The translations under genes were made by a program, and so were the position numbers. A DNA stretch of 64,000 bases from Candidatus Thorarchaeota archaeon (GTDB taxonomy: Archaea > Asgardarchaeota > Thorarchaeia > Thorarchaeales > Thorarchaeaceae). Numbering within the stretch: the first letter of the stretch is position 1; the number at the start of each line of letters is the position of its first letter. The notes beneath the pieces were generated by a model that was not told the DNA's origin, made no database searches, and saw only the letters and a program-made list of their open reading frames with translations. The DNA lies in assembly GCA_046758445.1 (NCBI GenBank), contig JBHIAE010000007.1, positions 27,031 to 91,030 on the forward strand, given 5' to 3'. This document shows positions 10,138-17,927 of this stretch, in pieces.

Positions 10138-10554
10138 TTATCTAAGTGGGAGCTTCCATTCTGCTTCCGGTGACATCAACACAAATCCTAGGATTAGGTT
10201 TCCTCGAATCTCATCAAACTTGTAGACACCAAACACATGTTTCTTCTTGCTGTCAGTCCATTCAATCTTGCCTCTGGCAAGGTAGTGTTGAAAAATGGCA
10301 CGACACTGCTTCCGAACACTTGCGAATAGATTCCGATAGCGCTTGCGTTGCGATGGCCTGATCCCCCATCTCTCTAGAATGAATCTGTTAGCGAAACTGT
10401 TACTGGAAACTAGGATTGACTTCCGCTTCTTTCTCAGTTTCTCCGTTGATTTAATGAGAGTGTTCTTGAAACAATCAAGAACACTTGCGAGTATGGATGG
10501 AGTCAACTTGGGTTCGAACAGGATGGACCGGGTATCTTCATCTGGCACGCGCAA
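10138..10554 (-). CDS. Basic hypothetical protein (possible nucleic-acid binding)
   Basis: 138-aa K/R-rich ORF filling an otherwise empty region. Confidence 0.6.
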   Translation of the reverse strand: MRVPDEDTRSILFEPKLTPSILASVLDCFKNTLIKSTEKLRKKRKSILVSSNSFANRFILERWGIRPSQRKRYRNLFASVRKQCRAIFQHYLARGKIEWTDSKKKHVFGVYKFDEIRGNLILGFVLMSPEAEWKLPLR

Positions 10555-10683
10555 GTCAGTTCGTAGGTTGGTGAGGCTTCAATGCTTATGAGGTCCTACA
10601 AATTGAGTGCTCGTAGAGTCTTACCACTTCGGCGAATCAATGATGGAATTTCACTGGAACAACTAGTTCTTGGGCAAGTAATG

Positions 10684-10694
10684 CTTGTAATACA
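10684..10694 (-). repeat. TGTATTACAAG-family site
   Basis: CTTGTAATACA in the intergenic region downstream of iorB; on the minus strand it reads GTATTACAA GCATTACTT (9-bp tandem). Confidence 0.7.
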
Positions 10695-10804
10695 TGTCAT
10701 ACGGACTCAGCTGACCGAAGATGCAATGCACAAACTCCAACACATGCGAACTTTGGTTATCAATGCAGACTCTTCGGACAAGATCCTTGTAGACACGAAG
10801 CTTA

Positions 10805-11434
10805 CTATGCATGCTTCATCAAAGCTTGAACTGTGGACATTCCAAGTTCCAACGCCTTGAGATTGATTGATTCATACTTCTTGGAGAATGCGGCGCGTAC
10901 TACCTCAATAGCTGTGTCTTTGCCTATTGGTGTTGCTCCAGTTCCGAGAACTCCGCCTAACATCACCATGTTTAGGGACATGGTGTTCCCGGCTTCCTTC
11001 GCGAGCTCCATCGCATCGATCTCGAGAATACAATCTGTGAATTCTCTCATAGCCGCAAGGATCCTCTCATGTGCGGGATACTCTGCTTTACCCATTGAAA
11101 CATCTACTGGATATTGGACGTGAGAGCTCATCAGTACGCAACCATCTTCCATCACGTAGTGAATCTCTCGCAATGTTTCGATTGGTTCGAAGCCTACAAG
11201 TAGATTGGCAGAACCCGGATCCACAATTGGCCCTCGTGCACCTTCTCCAATCCTAACAGTACAGACAACATGTCCCCCACGCTGGGCCATACCGTGAATC
11301 TCACCCACACGGACATTGTGGGAGTCGGCCAAGGCCGCCTTCGCCAGTATCTCAGCAAGACTCAACACGCCCTGACCTCCAACACCAGAAATGGCAATAT
11401 TGATTGTATTACTATTATTACTAGTCACTGTCAT
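10805..11434 (-). CDS. iorB: Indolepyruvate:ferredoxin oxidoreductase beta subunit
   Basis: GVGGQGV, EIHGMAQRGG motifs; ATG at 11434 overlaps the iorA stop (ATGA). Confidence 0.93.
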   Translation of the reverse strand: MTVTSNNSNTINIAISGVGGQGVLSLAEILAKAALADSHNVRVGEIHGMAQRGGHVVCTVRIGEGARGPIVDPGSANLLVGFEPIETLREIHYVMEDGCVLMSSHVQYPVDVSMGKAEYPAHERILAAMREFTDCILEIDAMELAKEAGNTMSLNMVMLGGVLGTGATPIGKDTAIEVVRAAFSKKYESINLKALELGMSTVQALMKHA

Positions 11435-13323
11435 GCCTCCTCTTGTTTGATCGCACGTTGAGGACATACGTCTACACAGGTTCCACACAGGTTGCAGAGA
11501 GTTTCTTCAATCACAGCCTTCTCACTTTCCGAATCGAGAAACATGGCTGGACAGGACAGACGATTCAAACAACGTTTGCATGCATTACATAGCTTCTCGT
11601 CCACGTAGTAATCTGGAGGATACTCTCCTGTTCTGCGTCGATCAGCAACAGTGAGAAGAGCACAGGGTGCCTTTGACACCAGCACTGCAGGCGCTCCGTT
11701 CTCCCTTACCCAGGTTACCATTTCTCGGACTTGAGCAACAAGATTTGCCAGGGACGCGAATGGATCTACATCCATCACATACTCCACTCCAAGACCCCTG
11801 CATGCTTCTGCTATGTCCAGAGGGGGTACCTCTTCTTGCATTCCAGTGATTCCAGTACCAGGGTGTGGCTGGTGGCCAGTCATTGCTGTGGTGCGATTGT
11901 CAAGGACAACCAGACTGATTGGGTGACGATTGTAGACAGCATTTGCAATCCCAGGAAGACCAGATGCAAAGAATGTACTATCACCTATCGTCGCCACGAC
12001 ATCTTGGTTTGTCACACGTGCAAGGCCGCAAGCAGTGGTTATTGATGATCCCATGTCAAACAGAATGTCTGCTGTTTCTAGTGGTGGTGCAATGCTCAGA
12101 GTGTAACACCCTATGTCTGACGGGTATATTGCCTTGCCACGTGTTGCACTTCTGATAGCATAGTATGTGGCTCTATGTGGGCATCCTGCACACAGCAACG
12201 GCGGTCTCGGAGGAAGATCTGGGAGCTTTTTCGCCTTCTCATCAATAGCTCTCCAGTTAATACTTGTATTACGATTCATAATCCTTGAGAGAGCTTCAAT
12301 GACAATTCTTGGACTGTATTCGTGTGCACGAGAGAAGTAGTCCTGTTCTTTCCCCACGATTTCAACCGGGATTGATCTTAGTTGTGCTATTCGTCGTGCA
12401 TGTGTTTCAAGGAAAGGTTCAAGCTCCTCAACAACGACAACTCTCTTGTGACGCTTCAGAAACTCGATGATAGTCTTCTCAGGAACTGGATGTGTCATAC
12501 CTAGCTTGAGAACTTCTGCGTCGAGCTTCATGATACTAAGGGCTTCAAGGACGTAGTTGTAAGAGACCCCGCTGGTAAGGATTCCAAGATCACCTTGTCC
12601 ATGTGTGAAGTTGAGAGATGTGGATTCCGAGATCTCAGTCGCTTTCTTCATCAATTCCAAGAGTATTGGATGGCGCTTTCTGGCAACGGAAGGTATTGGA
12701 ACAAAACGAAGAGGCTCCTTGACGAAGTCCACAGTGTCTGGTCTCTCTTTGATTCCACCAAACTCAACCGGGGCTCTGGTGTGGTTGACACGAGTGGTAG
12801 TCCTAAAAAGTACAGGTAATTCCAGTTCTTCCGATATCTCGTAAGCTCTCAGCAACATCTCCTTGGCTTCTGCAGGATCTGCTGGCTCAATCATTGGCAT
12901 GTTGCCCATTAGTGCATAGTATCTACTATCATTCTCGTTCTGAGAGCTCCACATGCTTGGATCATCTGCGACTACAATCACCATACCAGCACGTACACCA
13001 ACATATGCCAGAGAGAAGAACGGATCTGCTGCCACGTTGAGACCTGGCCCTTTGCAGACCATCATAGATCTTACACCTGCTACGGCAGCGGCTCCAGCCA
13101 CTTCTAAAGCAACCTTCTCATTTGCACTGAACTCAAAGTAGAAGTTACATATGTGTGGTGCCATGGATGTTAGATTATTCCCTATCTCACTGCTTGGGGT
13201 TCCAGGATATAGTGCAACTAGACGAACTCCAGCTTCGAGAACTCCACGAGCAATTGCTTCGTTTGCCAGAAGTAGGGCCTTCTTGCCAGCTTTATCTTCA
13301 AGTAGTTCTTTTGGCCTGGTCAA
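11431..13323 (-). CDS. iorA: Indolepyruvate:ferredoxin oxidoreductase alpha subunit
   Basis: YPGTPSSEI, NEKVALE, GLNVAAD, LCAGCPHR, DIGCY, TPP motif GDSTF...DN.TTAMTG, C-terminal 2x[4Fe-4S]. Confidence 0.95.
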   Translation of the reverse strand: MTRPKELLEDKAGKKALLLANEAIARGVLEAGVRLVALYPGTPSSEIGNNLTSMAPHICNFYFEFSANEKVALEVAGAAAVAGVRSMMVCKGPGLNVAADPFFSLAYVGVRAGMVIVVADDPSMWSSQNENDSRYYALMGNMPMIEPADPAEAKEMLLRAYEISEELELPVLFRTTTRVNHTRAPVEFGGIKERPDTVDFVKEPLRFVPIPSVARKRHPILLELMKKATEISESTSLNFTHGQGDLGILTSGVSYNYVLEALSIMKLDAEVLKLGMTHPVPEKTIIEFLKRHKRVVVVEELEPFLETHARRIAQLRSIPVEIVGKEQDYFSRAHEYSPRIVIEALSRIMNRNTSINWRAIDEKAKKLPDLPPRPPLLCAGCPHRATYYAIRSATRGKAIYPSDIGCYTLSIAPPLETADILFDMGSSITTACGLARVTNQDVVATIGDSTFFASGLPGIANAVYNRHPISLVVLDNRTTAMTGHQPHPGTGITGMQEEVPPLDIAEACRGLGVEYVMDVDPFASLANLVAQVREMVTWVRENGAPAVLVSKAPCALLTVADRRRTGEYPPDYYVDEKLCNACKRCLNRLSCPAMFLDSESEKAVIEETLCNLCGTCVDVCPQRAIKQEEA

Positions 13324-13442
13324 CTACTGAGCCTCCGATCTCCCGGTCATTCTGGGACGAATCGACGGGGAGAGTGTATCATGTATCAACCTTGTGGTAT
13401 TGGATGATGATACTTGGTTTCTATGACATGCAATGTGTACAT

Positions 13443-13453
13443 TGTATTACAAG
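13443..13453 (+). repeat. TGTATTACAAG-family site adjacent to the candidate origin
   Basis: GTATTACAA GTATTATGA tandem at 13444-13461, immediately left of the origin palindrome. Confidence 0.7.
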
Positions 13454-13521
13454 TATTATGATAGGGCTGTGAACACGTGTTCTAATAATGCCGCCGTGAT
13501 ACTCAGATATTACGGGACAAC

Positions 13522-13542
13522 ACCCCTTCATTTCCACTGGAG
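13522..13542 (-). promoter_or_regulatory. Origin recognition box (ORB)
   Basis: Matches the archaeal Orc1/Cdc6 ORB pattern TCCA.TGGAAA..AAGGGGT including the G-string. Confidence 0.85.
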
Positions 13543-13663
13543 ATGACCAATGGAGTTTCTTGAGCGGGTTATATTATAAGTAATTAAAATGGAGATGTAT
13601 AACAGCTTCAGAAACACCTATTTATATTTTCTGATTTCTAATCGCAACATAAGTCAATTGAAT

Positions 13664-13684
13664 TTCTACTGGAAACCAAGGGGT
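13664..13684 (+). promoter_or_regulatory. Origin recognition box (ORB)
   Basis: TTCTACTGGAAACCAAGGGGT, inverted relative to the 13522 box. Confidence 0.8.
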
Positions 13685-13711
13685 CCATGGGTATTAGAAC
13701 ACGTGTTCCAA

Positions 13712-14035
13712 TTACCACCCAACCTCTTCAATTACCTCATAGACCTTCAGAACTAGGATATCCATGTAGGATAAGAAGAACTGATCGAAGATTGACTTGA
13801 AATCACCAGGCACTAGAATCGCGGAGTCAGCAACCGCCTGAGCACCTTCGCATTGGTCGATCAATCCTGCTTTCTTCCTTTGGCGAATCCCACTTCTTGT
13901 CTTCCAGGAATAGACATAACCGTGGAGCTCCTTCGTGAAAGAAACTCTACGTGCATTGACTTGGCGAGCCCGTTTACAGTCATAGAGGTAGAGAAAGTAC
14001 GATGACAACTCTGACAACCACATACTGGAACACAT
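13712..14035 (-). CDS. Small origin-adjacent protein, possible Cas2/PaaX-like ferredoxin fold (start uncertain, perhaps 14023 or later)
   Basis: FLYLYD N-terminal strand, RVSFTKELHG helix, DSAILVP strand. Confidence 0.6.
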   Translation of the reverse strand: MCSSMWLSELSSYFLYLYDCKRARQVNARRVSFTKELHGYVYSWKTRSGIRQRKKAGLIDQCEGAQAVADSAILVPGDFKSIFDQFFLSYMDILVLKVYEVIEEVGW

Positions 14036-14150
14036 GTTCTCATTTTCAGACCGAGTAATACCGAGTATTGGATGGAAAGGTTAAAGCGGACGGAGAATCC
14101 CCCGCGACGTACCTCCAGATACACACTTGCAACAAGACGGAAGAGATCTC

Positions 14151-15467
14151 ATGAACACTATTGGTCTTCGAAAAGAGGAGAAGCCTTTCGAGACAAGAGT
14201 ACCTGTTGTACCTAGGCACATTATAGAGCTATCAAAGAAGCACCGAATTCAATTCATTGTTGAACCTAGTGACCAACGTGCATTTGACATGAAGGAGTTC
14301 ACAGAGGTCGGAGCTGAAGTTGGCCAATTAGAGGGAAGAAGCATCCCAGTCATCCTGGGAATCAAGGAGATGCCATCAGACTTCTTCAAGAAGAACACAG
14401 TCTATGTCTTCTTCAGTCACACTGTCAAGGGACAGAAGCAAAACATGCCGATGTTAAAGAGAATCCTTGATGTGGGTGCAACACTAATAGACTATGAACG
14501 AGTTGTCGACGATAAGGGTCGAAGGCTGATCTTCTTCGGTAACTGGGCTGGCATGGCTGGAATATCAGACACACTCCGAGTTCTCGGACGCCGCCTTGAC
14601 CTCAAAGAGGTCACACCAAACCCCTTCTCTGCAATGAAGCCCACCCTAGAAACAAGGAATCTTGCAGAGCTAAAGGAGGAGTTTCAAAGTCTAGGCCATC
14701 GAATTGCTGATGAGGGCCTGCCCAACCACCTGATTCCATTCATTGTAGGTTTCGCAGGATACGGTAATGTTTCACGTGGTGCACAAGAGATGTTTGATCT
14801 TCTTCCTCATGAAGAAGTCCAACCTGAACAGATCTCTGAAATCCCCAATCCAAAAGACAACATCCTCTACAAGTGCGTCTTCAAGGAAGAGCATATGGTG
14901 GAACCTAAGGATCCCACAACGGACTTCGTTCTGCAGGACTACTACAAGAATGGGTCAACCAAGTATCAGGGAGTCTTTCACAAGTATGTTCCTTACCTCT
15001 CGGTAGTCTTGAACTGCATCTACTGGACTGACAAGTATCCGCGACTTGTGACAAAGGCGTTCATCCAAGAACACTGGCATGACAAGAATCGCAAACTCGA
15101 GGTGATAGGTGACATCTCATGCGATGTCGAGGGAGCAATCCAATTCACTACTCGATGCACGGATCCCGGAGCTCCAGCGTTCACATACATTGTGGATGAA
15201 GACCGGGCAGAACTTGGTGTGTCAGGTGACGGTCCTGTAGTAATGGCCGTTGATAATCTTCCATGTGAACTCCCACGCGAGTCTTCTGCTTCATTCAGCG
15301 AAACGCTTTTGGACTATGTGCCTGCGCTTGCAAAAGCAGACTTCACAGTGCCATTCGAGCAGCTCATCCTTCCCAGAGAGCTCAAGGACGCAGTGATTGT
15401 GTATCAGGGAGAACTCACGGAAGACTACAAGTATCTAAATCAATACCTAGCAGCAAAGGAGAACTGA
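14151..15467 (+). CDS. Lysine-ketoglutarate reductase / saccharopine dehydrogenase (lysine-forming), AlaDH/PNT family
   Basis: FFSHTVKGQ..NM, LIDYE, FG.WAG.AG, GYGNVSRGAQE, NCIYW..KYPRL, GDISCD, MAVDNLPCELP; matches the LKR domain of AASS. Confidence 0.9.
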   Translation: MNTIGLRKEEKPFETRVPVVPRHIIELSKKHRIQFIVEPSDQRAFDMKEFTEVGAEVGQLEGRSIPVILGIKEMPSDFFKKNTVYVFFSHTVKGQKQNMPMLKRILDVGATLIDYERVVDDKGRRLIFFGNWAGMAGISDTLRVLGRRLDLKEVTPNPFSAMKPTLETRNLAELKEEFQSLGHRIADEGLPNHLIPFIVGFAGYGNVSRGAQEMFDLLPHEEVQPEQISEIPNPKDNILYKCVFKEEHMVEPKDPTTDFVLQDYYKNGSTKYQGVFHKYVPYLSVVLNCIYWTDKYPRLVTKAFIQEHWHDKNRKLEVIGDISCDVEGAIQFTTRCTDPGAPAFTYIVDEDRAELGVSGDGPVVMAVDNLPCELPRESSASFSETLLDYVPALAKADFTVPFEQLILPRELKDAVIVYQGELTEDYKYLNQYLAAKEN

Positions 15468-15469
15468 CT

Positions 15470-16795
15470 ATGATGAATGTACTCTGTCTGGGTGCAGGCC
15501 TTGTGGCCCGCCCCTACGTTCAATACCTTAGTGACTATGGTTTTCATGTCACAGTTGCGAGCAGAACCAAGAGCAAAGCAGATCGCCTCATCACAGGCTG
15601 CAAGAACGCTGAGGCTACAGCTTTCAATATCAAGACTGACGACAGTCTTCTTGAGAAACTAACAGCCGAGGCTGACTTGATCTGCTCACTTCTCCCATAC
15701 ACTTACCACGTCGAAGCCGCAAAAGTGGCAATCAAGCATGCCAAACCATTCTGCACAACATCATACATCTCAGAGGAAATGCAAGGACTAGACGAGGCCG
15801 CTAAGGCAGCGGGGATTCTGATTCTCAACGAGTGTGGCGTGGATCCTGGGATTGACCACATGAGTGCTATGAAGATTATTGATCATGTCCACAATCAAGG
15901 TGGGAAGATAGACAGCTTCACCTCCTTCACAGGCGGTCTCCCTGCTCCAGAGGCCAACAATAATCCATTTGGATACAAACTGTCCTGGAGTCCCAGAGGA
16001 GTTCTACTCGCTGGTCGAAACGATGCCCACTTCCTTCGAGATGGCAAGGAAGTCAGAATCCCGGGACCTGAGCTCTTTGACAACTATGAGATAATGGAGG
16101 TTCCTGGAATGGGCAAGTTCGAGGGATATCCCAATCGCGATAGCATGTCATTCATTGACACGTACACGATTCCTGAAACCAACACTATACTGCGAGGCAC
16201 CTTCAGAAATCTCGGCTGGTGCAGCATACTCAAGAAGATTGCAGACCTTGGACTCTTGTCACTCGAGGAACGCAGCTTTGATGGAATGACCTTTGCTGAT
16301 ATGATGTACGAATTGGTGGGTTCCAAGGAACTAGGACTCTCAGAAGCGGTCTCAAAGACCATTGACCTCAAGAGTGATGATCCGGTAATCTCACGTCTTG
16401 AATGGCTTGGACTGTTCAGCACTCAGAAGATTCCTCCTGGTATCAATACATATCTGGACGTACTCTGCAATCTCTTTGAAGAGAAGCTACAATATGCTCC
16501 TGGCGAAAGAGACATGATTGTCATGCATCACGAGTTCATTGCTGAGTACTCAGACCGAAAGGAGAGAATCACCTCAACATTGATTGACTATGGCATACCC
16601 GATGGCGATAGTTCAATGTCCAGAACAGTCACATTACCCGTCGCAATTGCAAGCAAGATGATTCTTGACGGATCTATTACTCTCACTGGAGTCCACGCCC
16701 CAGTACTGCCAGAGCTGTATGAACCAATCCTCAACGAGCTAGAGAATCTAGACATCAAACTGGAAGAGAGTGTGACTCTGATTACTAAAGATTGA
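15470..16795 (+). CDS. Saccharopine dehydrogenase (glutamate-forming, Lys9/SDH type)
   Basis: LGAGLVA Rossmann, SLLPY, NECGVDPGIDHMSA, GGLPAPE.NNNPFGYK.SWSPRG, YPNRDS, MSRTV..P. Confidence 0.93.
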   Translation: MMNVLCLGAGLVARPYVQYLSDYGFHVTVASRTKSKADRLITGCKNAEATAFNIKTDDSLLEKLTAEADLICSLLPYTYHVEAAKVAIKHAKPFCTTSYISEEMQGLDEAAKAAGILILNECGVDPGIDHMSAMKIIDHVHNQGGKIDSFTSFTGGLPAPEANNNPFGYKLSWSPRGVLLAGRNDAHFLRDGKEVRIPGPELFDNYEIMEVPGMGKFEGYPNRDSMSFIDTYTIPETNTILRGTFRNLGWCSILKKIADLGLLSLEERSFDGMTFADMMYELVGSKELGLSEAVSKTIDLKSDDPVISRLEWLGLFSTQKIPPGINTYLDVLCNLFEEKLQYAPGERDMIVMHHEFIAEYSDRKERITSTLIDYGIPDGDSSMSRTVTLPVAIASKMILDGSITLTGVHAPVLPELYEPILNELENLDIKLEESVTLITKD

Positions 16796-16808
16796 CCTTG
16801 TTCAGAAG

Positions 16809-17447
16809 CTATTTGCCTACATGAAGCTGGATAGAAGCAAGAATTCCCTCGGCTCTTTCAGCTTCTTTCTGGACTTCTGAGATTTCAGTCTTGAGTCGAT
16901 ACGTATAGCCCGAACGATTCCCATATCTCTCAAGATGTCCCTTTCCATCATTCCACATTCGGGCAAGGTACGTAGAGGCAGTGCTCTTTGGCAATTCATC
17001 ATTGAAGGTTGCTTGAAAAATCTCAGCAACATCCAAGGAAGAGAACTTGCCGTGCTTGAAGGATGCGTATATCACAATGTGCATCTTCTCATAGCTACTC
17101 ATTGACTCATAGCTGATCTCTTCAATCCCAGCATCAACTGCTTCTTCCTTCTCCGGAGCAAAGGAATGGCCCGTACTCGCCTCCAAGAACACTTTGAATT
17201 TCTCGAACATCTCCTTTATGCTGCCGCCCTCGACTTGGAAACTAGACTCTTCTCTCTTGGACTCATCACGCACTACAATTCTGAAGTCAAACGGCTCTTC
17301 AGTGAGAGAGAGAATCCTTCGGAATCTTGTTAATGCCTCATCAGGCTTAACGTATTTGCACTGGAAGATCTCTCGTAGACCCGGGCCGGAGTTGTATGTG
17401 AACTCGTACAGATACCCGGTTCTCTCTTCGGTCTTCAAAGTATTCAC
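16809..17447 (-). CDS. Hypothetical protein with C-terminal winged-helix domain
   Basis: FSSLDVAEIF...ELPKSTASTYLARM...LER.G...YTYRL wHTH pattern. Confidence 0.7.
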   Translation of the reverse strand: MNTLKTEERTGYLYEFTYNSGPGLREIFQCKYVKPDEALTRFRRILSLTEEPFDFRIVVRDESKREESSFQVEGGSIKEMFEKFKVFLEASTGHSFAPEKEEAVDAGIEEISYESMSSYEKMHIVIYASFKHGKFSSLDVAEIFQATFNDELPKSTASTYLARMWNDGKGHLERYGNRSGYTYRLKTEISEVQKEAERAEGILASIQLHVGK

Positions 17448-17532
17448 CCAGTTCCTTGTTTGCCTTGAGTTGGCTCAGTGCATAGGCCGTGTTCACAAGT
17501 ATCTAAATTCGTTTCTCAAATAAGTGTGAGTA

Positions 17533-17889
17533 TGTGAATTGCCAATACCATGGTAACGGCTACATAATGCGTCTGTAGGCATTCAGAACACGTCCATTAT
17601 GCTATAACTGTGCTGGCAGCTTGTGAATTCCCTAAAACACAAAAAAAGGCCTATGATGCCTCTAAATCGAAAATTCGGACTATTCTCCAGTTCTTCTCCT
17701 GTTCACCAAACTATGTACTTTGTGAATGACTCAACAAGCATTTCATATCTCTAGTTATCCCGTTCCACTGGAAACCAAGGGGTGGCTTCATTCACAAGAC
17801 TACGGACCTTTATGGGGTCCCTTCAGTCCACATGGAATGATTTGAGGTCAGTTTCCTGTAGACTATTCACAAAAAGGGCGCCATTCACA
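17533..17889. other. Second ORB-containing intergenic region with symmetric TGTGAAT iterons
   Basis: ORB TTCCACTGGAAACCAAGGGGT at 17763-17783, degenerate inverted ORB at 17819-17837; TGTGAAT at 17533, 17622, 17721 and ATTCACA at 17790, 17865, 17883. Confidence 0.65.
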
Positions 17890-17927
17890 TGCGTTGACTG
17901 TGAAAACGTGTAAATGTCGTGAATCTG

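Larger units (their letters stand above)
13471..13708. other. Candidate chromosomal replication origin (oriC): two inverted ORBs, AT-rich spacer, flanking 17-bp inverted repeat
   Basis: ORB on minus strand 13522-13542 (CTCCAGTGGAAATGAAGGGGT), ORB on plus strand 13664-13684 (TTCTACTGGAAACCAAGGGGT), about 120 bp AT-rich spacer; GAACACGTGTTCTAATA (13471-13487) / TATTAGAACACGTGTTC (13692-13708). Confidence 0.75.

Noticed and set aside
10100-10660. Mini-ORB-like strings (TTTGGAAAC near 10112; TTCCAGTGAAA on minus at 10649-10659)
   Set aside because: Short, lack a G-string, compatible with chance
10582-10860. 92-aa plus-strand ORF
   Set aside because: No recognisable motif, overlaps the iorB end and spans a regulatory-type motif; likely spurious
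13471-14039. CRISPR array next to the Cas2-like ORF
   Set aside because: Repeats are few, inverted and irregularly spaced; no cas1 or other cas genes
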